Assembly: GCA_963699705.1 (NCBI GenBank) | Contig: CAVOUW010000001.1 | Coordinates: 141,572-205,571 of the forward strand | DNA length: 64,000 nt | Reading direction: 5' to 3' | Origin: an uncultured delta proteobacterium | Lineage (GTDB): Bacteria > Desulfobacterota > Binatia > Binatales > Binataceae | Shown: in pieces, positions 18,432 to 27,644 of the stretch | How the letters are laid out: each line of letters starts with the position of its first letter | Position numbering within the stretch: position 1 is the stretch's first letter | Translations under genes and position numbers: made by a program | Notes under the pieces: model-generated | Told to the model about the DNA's origin: nothing | Databases searched by the model: none | The model's input: the letters and a program-made list of their open reading frames with translations, nothing else

Positions 18432-19466
18432 TCACGCCTGGCGGCGCTCGGTCGCTTTGACCTTCTGATATTTGCGGTAGTCGTATCCGGTCGCCATCGC
18501 CATCAGCAGCGGCTCCATCCCGCCCTCGCGCTCGCGGCGCAGCACTCGCAGGCGATCGAAAAACTCGCGGAAGTCCTTGTCCACGCGATGCTTGCCGTCG
18601 ATCGGCGCCAGGAAAAAATCATGCAGACGCGTCACGGTGAAGCGCAGCGACGAAAATCGCAGCTCGTTGGGAAACGCGTCCCATTCCGCGAGCGACAGCG
18701 TCCGCACCGACTCGTAACCCGACAGCAGGTAGCGGAAACGGTCGAGCGAGTACGCCCCATCTACGAAGCATAGCGCGTTGACCGCGGTCGCGATGTCGAA
18801 AATAAATTTGCCGCGGCAGGCCGCGTCGAAGTCGAGCATCGCGGTCATCTTCTCGCCGCGAAACAGCAGGTTGTCCGAAAAAATGTCGCCGTGGATCACG
18901 CCCTTGGGCAGCTTGCCCTCGAGGTATCGCGTCAGGTACTCGACCTCGTCGTCGAGCGTGCGGCAGATTTTGCGGAAATAGTTCGGCAGCCGGTTGCGCA
19001 CGGTCAGGTACAGGTCGGCGATTCGCTCGAAACTGAAGCGGTTGTCGATTCCTTTTTTGTAAGCCTTGCCGATCACGTGCAGGTCGCCGAGTGCGTGGCC
19101 GATAGTCTCGAGCTGGCTCGGCTTCATCCGCGCCGGAGCGATCACCTTGCCTTCCTGGTACTTGAACAGCGACACGCAGCGGTTGTTGAAGTTGCGATAG
19201 TAGCGGCCCATCCGATCTTGCATCGGATGAGGGCACGGGAACGCGTGCTTGCGCAGGAACGACAGCAGATCGATCTCGCGCTTCAGCTCGTTCTCGCCCT
19301 TGACCTCGTCCACCCGCAGCAGGAATTTGCCTTTGGCGGCTTCGAGCACGTAGTTGGTATTGACCGATCCTTCGGGGATTCCGGTGGCACTGGTGATGCG
19401 GCCAAGGCCGTAGTCGTCCGCCAACTCTTTGAGAAACGGTTTGCTTAGCTCGGTATATACGGCCAT
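18432..19466 (-). CDS. thrB: homoserine kinase type II (ThrB2, APH-like phosphotransferase)
   Basis: The aminoglycoside-phosphotransferase-like fold is present (VIHGDIFSDNLLF, ...LDFDAAC...) with the ThrB2 N-terminus MAVYTELSKPFLKELADDYGLG. Confidence 0.8.
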   Translation of the reverse strand: MAVYTELSKPFLKELADDYGLGRITSATGIPEGSVNTNYVLEAAKGKFLLRVDEVKGENELKREIDLLSFLRKHAFPCPHPMQDRMGRYYRNFNNRCVSLFKYQEGKVIAPARMKPSQLETIGHALGDLHVIGKAYKKGIDNRFSFERIADLYLTVRNRLPNYFRKICRTLDDEVEYLTRYLEGKLPKGVIHGDIFSDNLLFRGEKMTAMLDFDAACRGKFIFDIATAVNALCFVDGAYSLDRFRYLLSGYESVRTLSLAEWDAFPNELRFSSLRFTVTRLHDFFLAPIDGKHRVDKDFREFFDRLRVLRREREGGMEPLLMAMATGYDYRKYQKVKATERRQA

Positions 19467-19628
19467 AGGGACGCGGGCGCGATAAATGAGGACTGTCAGC
19501 CCGCCAAGTCTAAGGGGTGACTGGCACCTCGTCAACTAGGGGCCACGAAACCCTTATAAAATGAGGGTTTCGTGAATTCTTCAATTTTCCAAGTTGCTAC
19601 AAACGTTTAGCGCGACTAAATCAATCGC

Positions 19629-20168
19629 ATGCCGACATCCAAAAAAATCGCTGCGAAAATTTCGAAGAAGCCCGCAACCGCGACCCCGAAAAGCGCGAGC
19701 GCCGCGCTCGAAGGAGAGAAGGCGCCCGTCTTCGAGCTGTTCGACGCCGACGGAAAATCCGTCGCGCTCAAAGATCTCATCGGCGCGAATAATCTCGTGC
19801 TCTACTTCTATCCCAAGGACATGACGCCCGGATGCACCACCCAAGCGTGCGGCTTTCGCGACAATATCGGGCCAATCAAAAAGCTCGGCGCGAAAGTCGT
19901 CGGCGTCAGCGGCGACTCGACCGACTCGCACGGAAAGTTCATCGCGAAGCACCATCTCAACTTCCCGCTGCTCGCCGATCCCGGCAACAAGGTCTGCAAG
20001 CTGTACGGCGTATATAAAATGAAATCGCTGTACGGGCGCGAGTTCATGGGAATCGAGCGTACTACTTTCGTGATCGACAAGGCGGGCGTCGTGCGGCGGG
20101 TGTTCCCAAAGGTCAAGGTGAACGGGCACACCGAAGAAGTGCTCGAGGCGCTTAAGGCGCTCGCTTGA
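19629..20168 (+). CDS. bcp: thioredoxin-dependent peroxiredoxin Bcp
   Basis: 179 aa. It has FYPKDMTPGCTTQACGFRD (peroxidatic Cys in the PxxxTxxC motif) and DSTDSHGKF. Confidence 0.9.
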   Translation: MPTSKKIAAKISKKPATATPKSASAALEGEKAPVFELFDADGKSVALKDLIGANNLVLYFYPKDMTPGCTTQACGFRDNIGPIKKLGAKVVGVSGDSTDSHGKFIAKHHLNFPLLADPGNKVCKLYGVYKMKSLYGREFMGIERTTFVIDKAGVVRRVFPKVKVNGHTEEVLEALKALA

Positions 20169-20175
20169 TTTTTAA

Positions 20176-20222
20176 AAAACGACGCGCCAGCTATCTGGCC
20201 GGCGCGTCGTTTACTATCTGGC
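20176..20222. terminator. bidirectional rho-independent terminator between convergent bcp and the phosphoesterase gene
   Basis: AAAAAACGACGCGCC-agctatctggcc-GGCGCGTCGTTTACTAT. The stem is ~11 bp GC-rich, with an A-run on one side and a T-run on the other. Confidence 0.7.
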
Positions 20223-20236
20223 GATCTGAGTACTGA

Positions 20237-21889
20237 CTACGGTCCACCCGTGGGTGGATTCACGAACGGGCAGTTGTGCTCGCCGACCACCGGCGCCGGG
20301 GCTGTCTCGATCACGGCGTTCAGCGATGGCGATTTGTTGAAGTCGAACATATCCTGCAGGCGGCTGGCGTTCGCATCGCGCAGCGTCAAATGCGATCCGT
20401 CGGGCAGAAACCGCTGCTCAATGAATGCCAGCATCGAAGTGTGATCGCCGACCATGTGCGAGACGTAGTGCGGTTTCGCGAACGGCGAGATCACGATGAA
20501 GGGCACTCGGAATCCGAGCTGATTGAAATTCGCGCATGCCGCCGGGTACGGCGCGGTCTCTTCGGCGAATGCCGGGCAGATGCTCGCGGCGTCGCTTTCG
20601 CTGAACTCGCAATTGGCACCGCCGCCGGGCAGCAGGCTGGTCGGCAGATTGGACAGGTCCTCGCACAGGCCTGGATCGATTCCGTCGGGATTGAGCGCTC
20701 CGCCTTGCGAAGCGGCCGGTGGCGCTACGTGATCATAGAATCCACCGTGCTCGTCGTAGGTCAGAAAGATGACCGAGTCTTTCCAGTTGGGTCCATTGCG
20801 GACAGCGTTGATGACTTGCGAGGTGACGAATTCGCCGGCGCGGATATCCCAAGGCGGATGTTCGTCGGTCTCGAACCCACCGCTCGGCCCGATAAATATC
20901 GGTCCAGCCGGGGTGTTCACCTGGCTCGGCAGGAACGAAGGATCGATGAACGATACTTGCGGCAGCGTGCCGTTGGCCGCATCGGTGAAAAAATTGTTGG
21001 CGGTCGGGTTGTAAGACTTGATCAGAACGTTATTGGAAAGTTGGCGGATATGGGCCGAAAGGAACGCAATATGGTCGCCGCGGAAGATCGGTGAGGTCGG
21101 CAGATCCTCGGCGTAGTTCAACCAGGTGATTCCCGACGCATCGAGCAGGTCGAAGATCGATCCTGTCGGCGGCATATAGCCATTGCTGTTGTTGATCAGG
21201 AAGGGGTTGGCCGGATTGACGCCCGGCGGAAAAATTTCGCTGGTCGTGGTATGGCCGAATGAGGTCGCCGCCATTTCGTACGAGCGGTTCGGGAAAGTCG
21301 GGCCGACGACGGAGCAGAAATAGCGATCATCGATCGCGAACGTCTGCGCCAGGCTGTAGTAGAACGGCAGATCATCCTGCGTGTAGTAGCCCATCGTGTC
21401 GTCGTCGGTCGCCGACTCGGTCCCGTCGATCTGCTCGGTAATATCGTTCTCGAGCACGAACCCGTCGTTGAGCGTTGACAGCAGCGCGTTGGCTGGATCC
21501 GAAAAGTTGGCCTCGTGATGGCTGGCGCCCCAGCCATGATCCAGGTCCGGGCCCGGACAGTAGTTCGTGTCGTGGAACGATGTGACGGTGCTGCCGTCAT
21601 CGTCGAGATTTGAGTTGGTGCAGTTCAGGTGGCCCATCGTGTCGAAGGAGCAGGTCAGACCGTCGACGCAACTGTGATCGCTGTTCTTGCAGGCGCCTCC
21701 GTGGTACGGGCTGCCGGGCGCGTACGGCAACGCGCCGAGATAGTTATCGAACGAATGGTTCTCCTGCATGATGATGATCACGTGATTGACCTTGTGAACG
21801 TTCCCCTCCGCGCGCGCGGTCGCCACCGAGAATCCGAGCGCGGCCACCGCGATGAGCAAGCTCAGCGCTGCAATACCTCTGCGTCTCAT
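20237..21889 (-). CDS. secreted phosphoesterase family protein (phospholipase C / acid phosphatase AcpA family)
   Basis: 550 aa. It has a signal peptide (MRRRGIAALSLLIAVAALGFSVATARA), the VIIIMQENHSFDNYLG motif and a C-terminal YDEHGGFYDHV motif. Confidence 0.85.
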   Translation of the reverse strand: MRRRGIAALSLLIAVAALGFSVATARAEGNVHKVNHVIIIMQENHSFDNYLGALPYAPGSPYHGGACKNSDHSCVDGLTCSFDTMGHLNCTNSNLDDDGSTVTSFHDTNYCPGPDLDHGWGASHHEANFSDPANALLSTLNDGFVLENDITEQIDGTESATDDDTMGYYTQDDLPFYYSLAQTFAIDDRYFCSVVGPTFPNRSYEMAATSFGHTTTSEIFPPGVNPANPFLINNSNGYMPPTGSIFDLLDASGITWLNYAEDLPTSPIFRGDHIAFLSAHIRQLSNNVLIKSYNPTANNFFTDAANGTLPQVSFIDPSFLPSQVNTPAGPIFIGPSGGFETDEHPPWDIRAGEFVTSQVINAVRNGPNWKDSVIFLTYDEHGGFYDHVAPPAASQGGALNPDGIDPGLCEDLSNLPTSLLPGGGANCEFSESDAASICPAFAEETAPYPAACANFNQLGFRVPFIVISPFAKPHYVSHMVGDHTSMLAFIEQRFLPDGSHLTLRDANASRLQDMFDFNKSPSLNAVIETAPAPVVGEHNCPFVNPPTGGP

Positions 21890-22109
21890 CGTTCGTATCC
21901 TCCTCGATTCGACGGGGTGATTGATTTGACTGCGCTACCCCCGAAGCAGCGCAGCCGTGCACAAAACAAAGTCGTGCGGAGGTGATGAAACGCCCGCCAG
22001 TGCTGAAACACAAGGCAAAATCGTGCGTGCGCGCAACAACGACGCGTTTAGACAAGTCTAGGCGGTTTAAATCGGATCGAACTTAAGATTTTGCAGAGTG
22101 CGGAGTGCC

Positions 22110-22985
22110 TTACGAAGCGGCAGCGCTAGTCGTTCCGAGCAGATTGTCGCGCAGGAATGCGCGCAGCTCGGGCTCAACACGCTTGCCGAGATCATGCGAG
22201 GCCTGCGGAAAGTAGAAGGTCTCGACCTTCGCGCCGTGCGCCCGCAACGCATCGGCGAGCTTGACTGCCTGCCGCACCGGCATCCGATTGTCCTGCTCGC
22301 CGTGCATGATCAGCACGCTGCATTCGAGCTTCGGCGGCAGATGGGCTATGACACTGCGCTCCTTCAGGATGCGCTTGCTCGGCCATACTTCGCGCAGGAT
22401 CGACAGCTTGGTGCGCAGAGTCGCTTCAGGCCACAGCGCCAGCGGATCGTAGCATCCCGATTCCAGGATCAGCGCGCGCGGACGCGAGTCGTAGTCCATC
22501 AGCAATCCCGCTGCGACTGCGCCATGCCCAAGTCCCCAGACCGCGAGCCGCGACGAATCGACGTCGGTGCGTCCCGCGAGAATGTCCAGCGCCTTGCGCG
22601 ACGCCAACACCGACGGCTGTCCGACGAAGCGGCTAGGTCCCGACGAATTGCCGTAGCCGGGAATACTCACGCACGCGACCTGGATTCCCATCGCGGCGAT
22701 TCCCTGGCTCATCTTGACGCATTGATCGACGTTGCCCTCGCCGCCATTGAGGACCAGCAGCCCGGGCCGCTTGCCCAGCTCGGCGCTGCGCGTCAGGTAT
22801 CCTTCTATATGGTAATTCTTGGGCCCCTCGGCGACGTCGAAGTTGAATTGATCGACATTTTTGTAGTTCGACGCGATTGACTTGCCGGGAATCCGGCAGG
22901 CGGCAATCGACATCGCGAGCACAATCGCCGCGGAAAAGAAGAAGCCCGAGAGTGCGGTTGATCTTCGTGTCGCGAGAGGATGCAT
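22110..22985 (-). CDS. alpha/beta-hydrolase fold protein (dienelactone-hydrolase-like), probable lipoprotein or signal-anchored
   Basis: Track ORF runs to 23030. The likely start is MHPLATRRSTALSGFFFSAAIVLAMSIAAC. The fold is DLH/S9-like, but the nucleophile elbow reads GLGHG with no Ser/Cys. The catalytic status is uncertain. Confidence 0.6.
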   Translation of the reverse strand: MHPLATRRSTALSGFFFSAAIVLAMSIAACRIPGKSIASNYKNVDQFNFDVAEGPKNYHIEGYLTRSAELGKRPGLLVLNGGEGNVDQCVKMSQGIAAMGIQVACVSIPGYGNSSGPSRFVGQPSVLASRKALDILAGRTDVDSSRLAVWGLGHGAVAAGLLMDYDSRPRALILESGCYDPLALWPEATLRTKLSILREVWPSKRILKERSVIAHLPPKLECSVLIMHGEQDNRMPVRQAVKLADALRAHGAKVETFYFPQASHDLGKRVEPELRAFLRDNLLGTTSAAAS

Positions 22986-23163
22986 CGATAACGAGGAATG
23001 AGAAACAGAACTTGGCAGATTGTCAGACATCGCTCCGTACCCTACACCTCCTGTCTATAATTAAAAACCGTCCAAAAATTCAGGGCAAGTCTCAAAACGG
23101 CAGGCGCATTGAATCGAAGTGGGGTTTCGCCGATACTTCTTGATTCCGTAAGCTCTTTTACGC

Positions 23164-23619
23164 GTGATGGCGGCAATGGCGACGCAGGCAGAAAAAACTG
23201 GTTCAGCATCAGCGGCAATTGATTTCGAAAAGAACGGAGGCGTCGTCGCCGCGATTGCTGTCGATCATTTGAGCCATCGCGTGCTGACCGTTGCCTACAT
23301 GAACCGCGAAGCTTTCGACGAGACGGTCGCGACTGGACGCGCGTGCTACTACTCGCGATCGCGCAAAAGGCTGTGGCGCAAGGGCGAGGAGTCGGGAAAT
23401 TTTCAAATCGTGCACGAGATTCGCATCGACTGCGATGCCGACGCGGTCGTAGTCGCCGTCGAGCAGCGCGGCGACGGGGCCGCATGCCACGAGGGCTACG
23501 AGTCATGCTTCTTTCGCAAGCTCGACAATGGATCGTGGAAAATCGTCGATCAGCGCAAAGTGGATCCCGCCAAGTACGGCCCCAACTACGGGCATCAGTC
23601 GAAAAAGTCGGCCGGTTGA
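23164..23619 (+). CDS. hisI: phosphoribosyl-AMP cyclohydrolase (HisI)
   Basis: 151 aa. [41 protein letters not shown]...CDADAV is the HisI signature. Confidence 0.88.
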   Translation: MMAAMATQAEKTGSASAAIDFEKNGGVVAAIAVDHLSHRVLTVAYMNREAFDETVATGRACYYSRSRKRLWRKGEESGNFQIVHEIRIDCDADAVVVAVEQRGDGAACHEGYESCFFRKLDNGSWKIVDQRKVDPAKYGPNYGHQSKKSAG

Positions 23620-23625
23620 TCTGCG

Positions 23626-24525
23626 ATGGCAGACCAAATTCTAAAATTCGGCATTCCGAAAGGAAGCCTCGAGGATCAGACGCTCGAGCTGATGCGCAAG
23701 TCCGGCTGGCGGATCACGGTCGGCTCGCGCTCGTACATCCCGACCGTCGACGACCCGACGCTGAGCTGCCGAATTCTGCGCCCGCAGGAGATGCCGCGCT
23801 ATATCGCCGACGGCTCGCTCGACGCCGGCATCACCGGCAGCGACTGGATCGTCGAGAACAATGTGACGCTGCACCAGGTCGAGAGCTTCATCTACGCCAA
23901 GGCGACGCTGACCCCCTCGCGGTGGGTGCTATGCGTGCGCGACGACTCCCCGGTCAAGCGGCTCGAGGATTTGCAGGGCAAGCGAATCGCGACCGAGCTG
24001 GTGCAGTTCGTCAAGCGCATCCTGTCCGAGCGCAAGGTCAAAGCAGAAGTCGAATTTTCATGGGGCGCGACCGAAGCCAAGGTCGCCGAGGGAATTATCG
24101 ACGCCGCGATCGACGTGACCGAGACCGGCTCGTCGCTGCGCGCCAACGGCCTGCGCATCGTCGAGGAACTGCTCGTCTCGAATCCGGTGCTGGTCGCTAA
24201 TCCGACTGCATGGGCGAATCCGTGGAAGCAGGCGAAGATTCGCCAGCTCGGCATCCTCATTCGCGGCGCGCTGGACGCGGAGAATCGCGTCGGCATCAAG
24301 ATGAACGTCGCGAAGGAGAATCTCGAAAAAGTGATCGCATTGCTGCCGTCAATCACGGCGCCGACAATCTCCCATCTCTACCCCTCGAAGGCGCTCAAGG
24401 GCGTCGAATGGCTGGCGGTCGAGACGGTGATCGCAGAACAAACAGTGCGCGAACTGTTCCCGAAGCTGCTCGAAGCCGGCGCCGTGGGAATAGTTGAGTT
24501 TCCGCTGAATAAGATCATCGGCTGA
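23626..24525 (+). CDS. hisG: ATP phosphoribosyltransferase, long form (HisG)
   Basis: 299 aa. FGIPKGSLEDQTLELM...DAGITGSDWIVE... plus a C-terminal regulatory domain. Confidence 0.9.
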   Translation: MADQILKFGIPKGSLEDQTLELMRKSGWRITVGSRSYIPTVDDPTLSCRILRPQEMPRYIADGSLDAGITGSDWIVENNVTLHQVESFIYAKATLTPSRWVLCVRDDSPVKRLEDLQGKRIATELVQFVKRILSERKVKAEVEFSWGATEAKVAEGIIDAAIDVTETGSSLRANGLRIVEELLVSNPVLVANPTAWANPWKQAKIRQLGILIRGALDAENRVGIKMNVAKENLEKVIALLPSITAPTISHLYPSKALKGVEWLAVETVIAEQTVRELFPKLLEAGAVGIVEFPLNKIIG

Positions 24526-24669
24526 GAATTGCCTCTCCCCTCGTGGGGAGAGATCGACGTGCTTCCGAGCGCGGCGGGTGAGGGACAACAATTCTTGAAT
24601 TTTCGCCTCGTTTCACTTCCCTCGAATTTGTGGCACAACAGAATCAATCACCACGTGGAGGTCGGCATC

Positions 24670-25365
24670 ATGGGTTTGCCCAACGGAGTCCATCACCTCG
24701 CTATCTGCACCAAAGACATCAAGAAGCAGATCGAATACTTCTCGCAAGTCGTCGGGATGGAGCTGGTCGCGCTCTACTGGATGCATGGCGTCGACAACAC
24801 CTTTCACGGCTTCATGAAGATGAGCGACAGTTCGTCGATCGCTTTCGTGCAGCATCCTGAGATCGCGAGCATTCAGCCGATCAAGGGCGTCTCGCACGCC
24901 GGGCATACCACGCAGAACGTTGCGCCGGGCGCGATGCAGCATCTGGCGCTCAACGTCGATAGCTACGCCGACCTGCTCGCGATTCGCGATCGCGTCCGCT
25001 CGCATGGGCATTGGGTGATGGGCCCGCTCGATCATGGTTTCTGCAAATCGATCTACCTCGCCGCGCCCGAGGGAATCATGCTCGAGTTCTCGACCTCCGA
25101 CGGCGGCTCGATCGACGCCGAAGCGTGGATCGATCCCGAAGTGCAAGCGCTGGCGGGAATCAATGCGGAGGAAGTCGAGAGATATAAACATCCGGCGTCG
25201 TTCGAATCGAAGGGCGGCACGGTTGCGCAGCCGCAGCCCGACCCGTCGAAGCCGCTGATGGACTATCCCGCCGACGATCGCATCTGGACGATGAGCGACG
25301 AGGAAGTGACGCGCCGGATGAGCAACACGACGCCGCCGGTGCAGAAGAAATCCAAAGCCGCGTGA
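24670..25365 (+). CDS. VOC (glyoxalase/extradiol-dioxygenase) family protein
   Basis: The start is proposed at MGLPNGVHHLAICTKDIKKQIEYF. Two VOC modules are present (HHLAI..., QHLALNV...). The upstream 47 codons of the track ORF cover a module-D repeat. Confidence 0.7.
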   Translation: MGLPNGVHHLAICTKDIKKQIEYFSQVVGMELVALYWMHGVDNTFHGFMKMSDSSSIAFVQHPEIASIQPIKGVSHAGHTTQNVAPGAMQHLALNVDSYADLLAIRDRVRSHGHWVMGPLDHGFCKSIYLAAPEGIMLEFSTSDGGSIDAEAWIDPEVQALAGINAEEVERYKHPASFESKGGTVAQPQPDPSKPLMDYPADDRIWTMSDEEVTRRMSNTTPPVQKKSKAA

Positions 25366-25381
25366 GCTGCGAATAGCGTCG

Positions 25382-26263
25382 ATGAAGACGCTCCGCACTG
25401 AGACGCGCAACGGCGTCGGTATCATCACGCTCACGCGCGCCGACGAGTACAACACGATCACGCCCGACCTTCGCGATGAGCTTGGCGACGCGATCGACCT
25501 GGCCGACGCCGATCACGACGTCCACGTAATCCTGCTGTGCGCGGAAGGTCCAGCATTCTGCGCCGGCTACGCACTCGCAGGATCGACGCGCGCGCAAGCC
25601 GGTGAAGGTTCGCGCAAGCGCGCGTGGGACTCGGTCGCCGATTACGGGATGATCTCGCAATACGTCAACGTGTACATGAAACTCTGGTACGCGCGGAAAC
25701 CGACTATCGCCGCCGTACACGGATGGTGTATCGGCGGCGGCACCGACATGGTGTTGTGCGCCGATTTGATAATCGCAGGCGAGTCCGCGTCGTTCGGCTA
25801 TCCACCGTCGCGCGTATGGGGCACGCCGACCACCGCGATGTGGGTCTATCGGATGGGCCTCGAACGCGCCAAGCGCTACCTGCTGACCGGCGACGAGATC
25901 CCCGCGCCGGAAGCCGCGCGCATCGGACTAATCCTGGAAGCGGTGCCCGACGACGAACTCGACGCGCGCGCGACCGCACTTGCCGAGCGAATGGCGCGAG
26001 TTCCCACGAATCAACTCGAGATGCTCAAGCTCCTATGCAATCACACCGCCGAAAATATGGGACTGGCGACGTCGCGGCTGGTCGGCTCGCTCTTCGACGG
26101 AATCGCCCGGCATACGCAGGAAGGCCTCGATTTCGTCGCGCGCGCACAAGCCGCAGGCTTTCGGCAAGCCGTCCGCGAGCGCGATGACCCATTCGGCGAC
26201 TACGGCTCAGGCCCGCGCTCAAAAAATCGCGCGGTCAAGAAAAGCGGCAAGAAAAAAACTTAA
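25382..26263 (+). CDS. enoyl-CoA hydratase/isomerase family protein
   Basis: 293 aa. GVGIITLTRADEYNTI...AAVHGWCIGGGTDMVLCADLIIA is the crotonase fold. Confidence 0.85.
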   Translation: MKTLRTETRNGVGIITLTRADEYNTITPDLRDELGDAIDLADADHDVHVILLCAEGPAFCAGYALAGSTRAQAGEGSRKRAWDSVADYGMISQYVNVYMKLWYARKPTIAAVHGWCIGGGTDMVLCADLIIAGESASFGYPPSRVWGTPTTAMWVYRMGLERAKRYLLTGDEIPAPEAARIGLILEAVPDDELDARATALAERMARVPTNQLEMLKLLCNHTAENMGLATSRLVGSLFDGIARHTQEGLDFVARAQAAGFRQAVRERDDPFGDYGSGPRSKNRAVKKSGKKKT

Positions 26264-26264
26264 T

Positions 26265-26450
26265 CTAATGTGAAACCCGCGGTGGGTTTCACGCTTCCTT
26301 CGGCAGGGGTGACCCCTGCACCAAGTGAGAGAAATTTCTGTTCCCCCTTTCCCTCGGGAAAGGGGGTGAGGGGGATAGGACGGGCGGAATGGTTGCCTCA
26401 ATCCGGTTCCCCTTCCCTCGAGGGAAGGGGTTAGGGGTTAGGTTGCCGGG
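26265..26450. repeat. composite mosaic repeat (modules C-B-A, forward)
   Basis: C is TGAAACCCGCGGTGGGTTTCA-cg-CTTCCTTCGGCAGGGGTGACCCCTGCACC. B is GTTCCCCCTTTCC-ctc-GGGAAAGGGGGTGAGGGGGATAGGAC. A is CCGGTTCCCCTTCCC-tcga-GGGAAGGGGTTAGGGGTTAGGTT. Confidence 0.88.
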
Positions 26451-26463
26451 AATCGACAGCCAT

Positions 26464-27198
26464 ATGATGATGCACTCAATGACCACCACCGACATTACCT
26501 TCCCCTCCCACGACGGGCGCCCGATGCGCGCTGCTTACGCCGCGCCCTCCGATTCGCAGAAACATCCCGGCGTTATCGTTATCCACGAAATCTTCGGGCT
26601 CAATGACGACATCAGGCGAATTACCGGGAGGGTTGCCGATCTTGGCTACGCCGCACTCGCGCCTGACCTCTATGATCGCGACGGCGCGCGCCTCATCTGT
26701 ATCGCGCGCACGATGATGACGCTGAATCGCGGCGATGGCGACGCGTTCAAGGACCTCGACGCGGCGCGCAGGTTTCTGCAGCAGCAGCCGGGCGTCGATT
26801 CGGCGCGTATCGGCGTCATCGGATTTTGCATGGGCGGCGGATTCGCGCTGATGTTCGCGGCGCGCGCTCCAATCGGCGTTGCCGCGACGTTCTACGGCGA
26901 CGTGCCCAAGACCACTGATCAATTGCGCGGCGTATGCCCGGTGCTCGGCGGCTACGGCGGACAGGACCGGCTATTCGTTGCGCAGGGACGCCGTCTCGAG
27001 ACGCTGCTTACTGAGATGGATGTCGATCACGACGTGAAAATCTACGACGATGCCGGCCACAGCTTCATGAGCCGTAACAGCGGTTTCTTGCCATGGATCG
27101 GGAAAATCGGCCCGATGAAGGCCGGCTACAATCCCGAGGCCGCCGAAGACAGTTGGAAGCGAATCGAAGCGTTCTTCGGCCGCCACCTCGGGCATTGA
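26464..27198 (+). CDS. dienelactone hydrolase family protein
   Basis: The start is proposed at MMMHSMTT. It has the Cys nucleophile elbow GFCMGGGFAL and the DLH fold. The first 25 codons of the track ORF are a read-through of repeat module A. Confidence 0.85.
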   Translation: MMMHSMTTTDITFPSHDGRPMRAAYAAPSDSQKHPGVIVIHEIFGLNDDIRRITGRVADLGYAALAPDLYDRDGARLICIARTMMTLNRGDGDAFKDLDAARRFLQQQPGVDSARIGVIGFCMGGGFALMFAARAPIGVAATFYGDVPKTTDQLRGVCPVLGGYGGQDRLFVAQGRRLETLLTEMDVDHDVKIYDDAGHSFMSRNSGFLPWIGKIGPMKAGYNPEAAEDSWKRIEAFFGRHLGH

Positions 27199-27206
27199 GG
27201 GAGGTG

Positions 27207-27455
27207 CTACTTACTCAAACCAACGGCGAGCCGGGATTTCGCGATCCGCTCGCGTGAGGCTACCAGCGCTTCCACGTTCTTGGCGCCGCGATAGCCCATC
27301 TGATCGGCAAGGTATTCGGCCAGCTTGCGTTCCGAGATATTCGGCTTCTGTTTGCGTTTGTCTTCGGCCAGCTCGGCGAGCGTAGTCCGCAGGGTATCTT
27401 CGGAGTCCCGCAGCGTCTCCAAAATCGGGGAAGGAATCACAGAATTTATCGGCAT
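27207..27455 (-). CDS. hypothetical small protein
   Basis: 82 aa from MPINSVIPSPILETLRDSEDTLRTTLAELAEDKRKQK.... It is a charged, helical-looking ORF with no recognisable family. Confidence 0.4.
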   Translation of the reverse strand: MPINSVIPSPILETLRDSEDTLRTTLAELAEDKRKQKPNISERKLAEYLADQMGYRGAKNVEALVASRERIAKSRLAVGLSK

Positions 27456-27644
27456 GCCATCACCTATGCTGCTAATCGTAGCATAATGCGTGAAAACTCG
27501 TGCATGCCGTAAGTCAAATGAATGCCCCAAGAATTCGTGAAACTTTCGGTTCCCTCAGCAACATTTTAGTGCGGATGAGCTTGCGTCAGCCAGCCGAAGG
27601 TGATTTGACGCGCTCACTATTACCAAGCATTGTGCTTTGCGACT

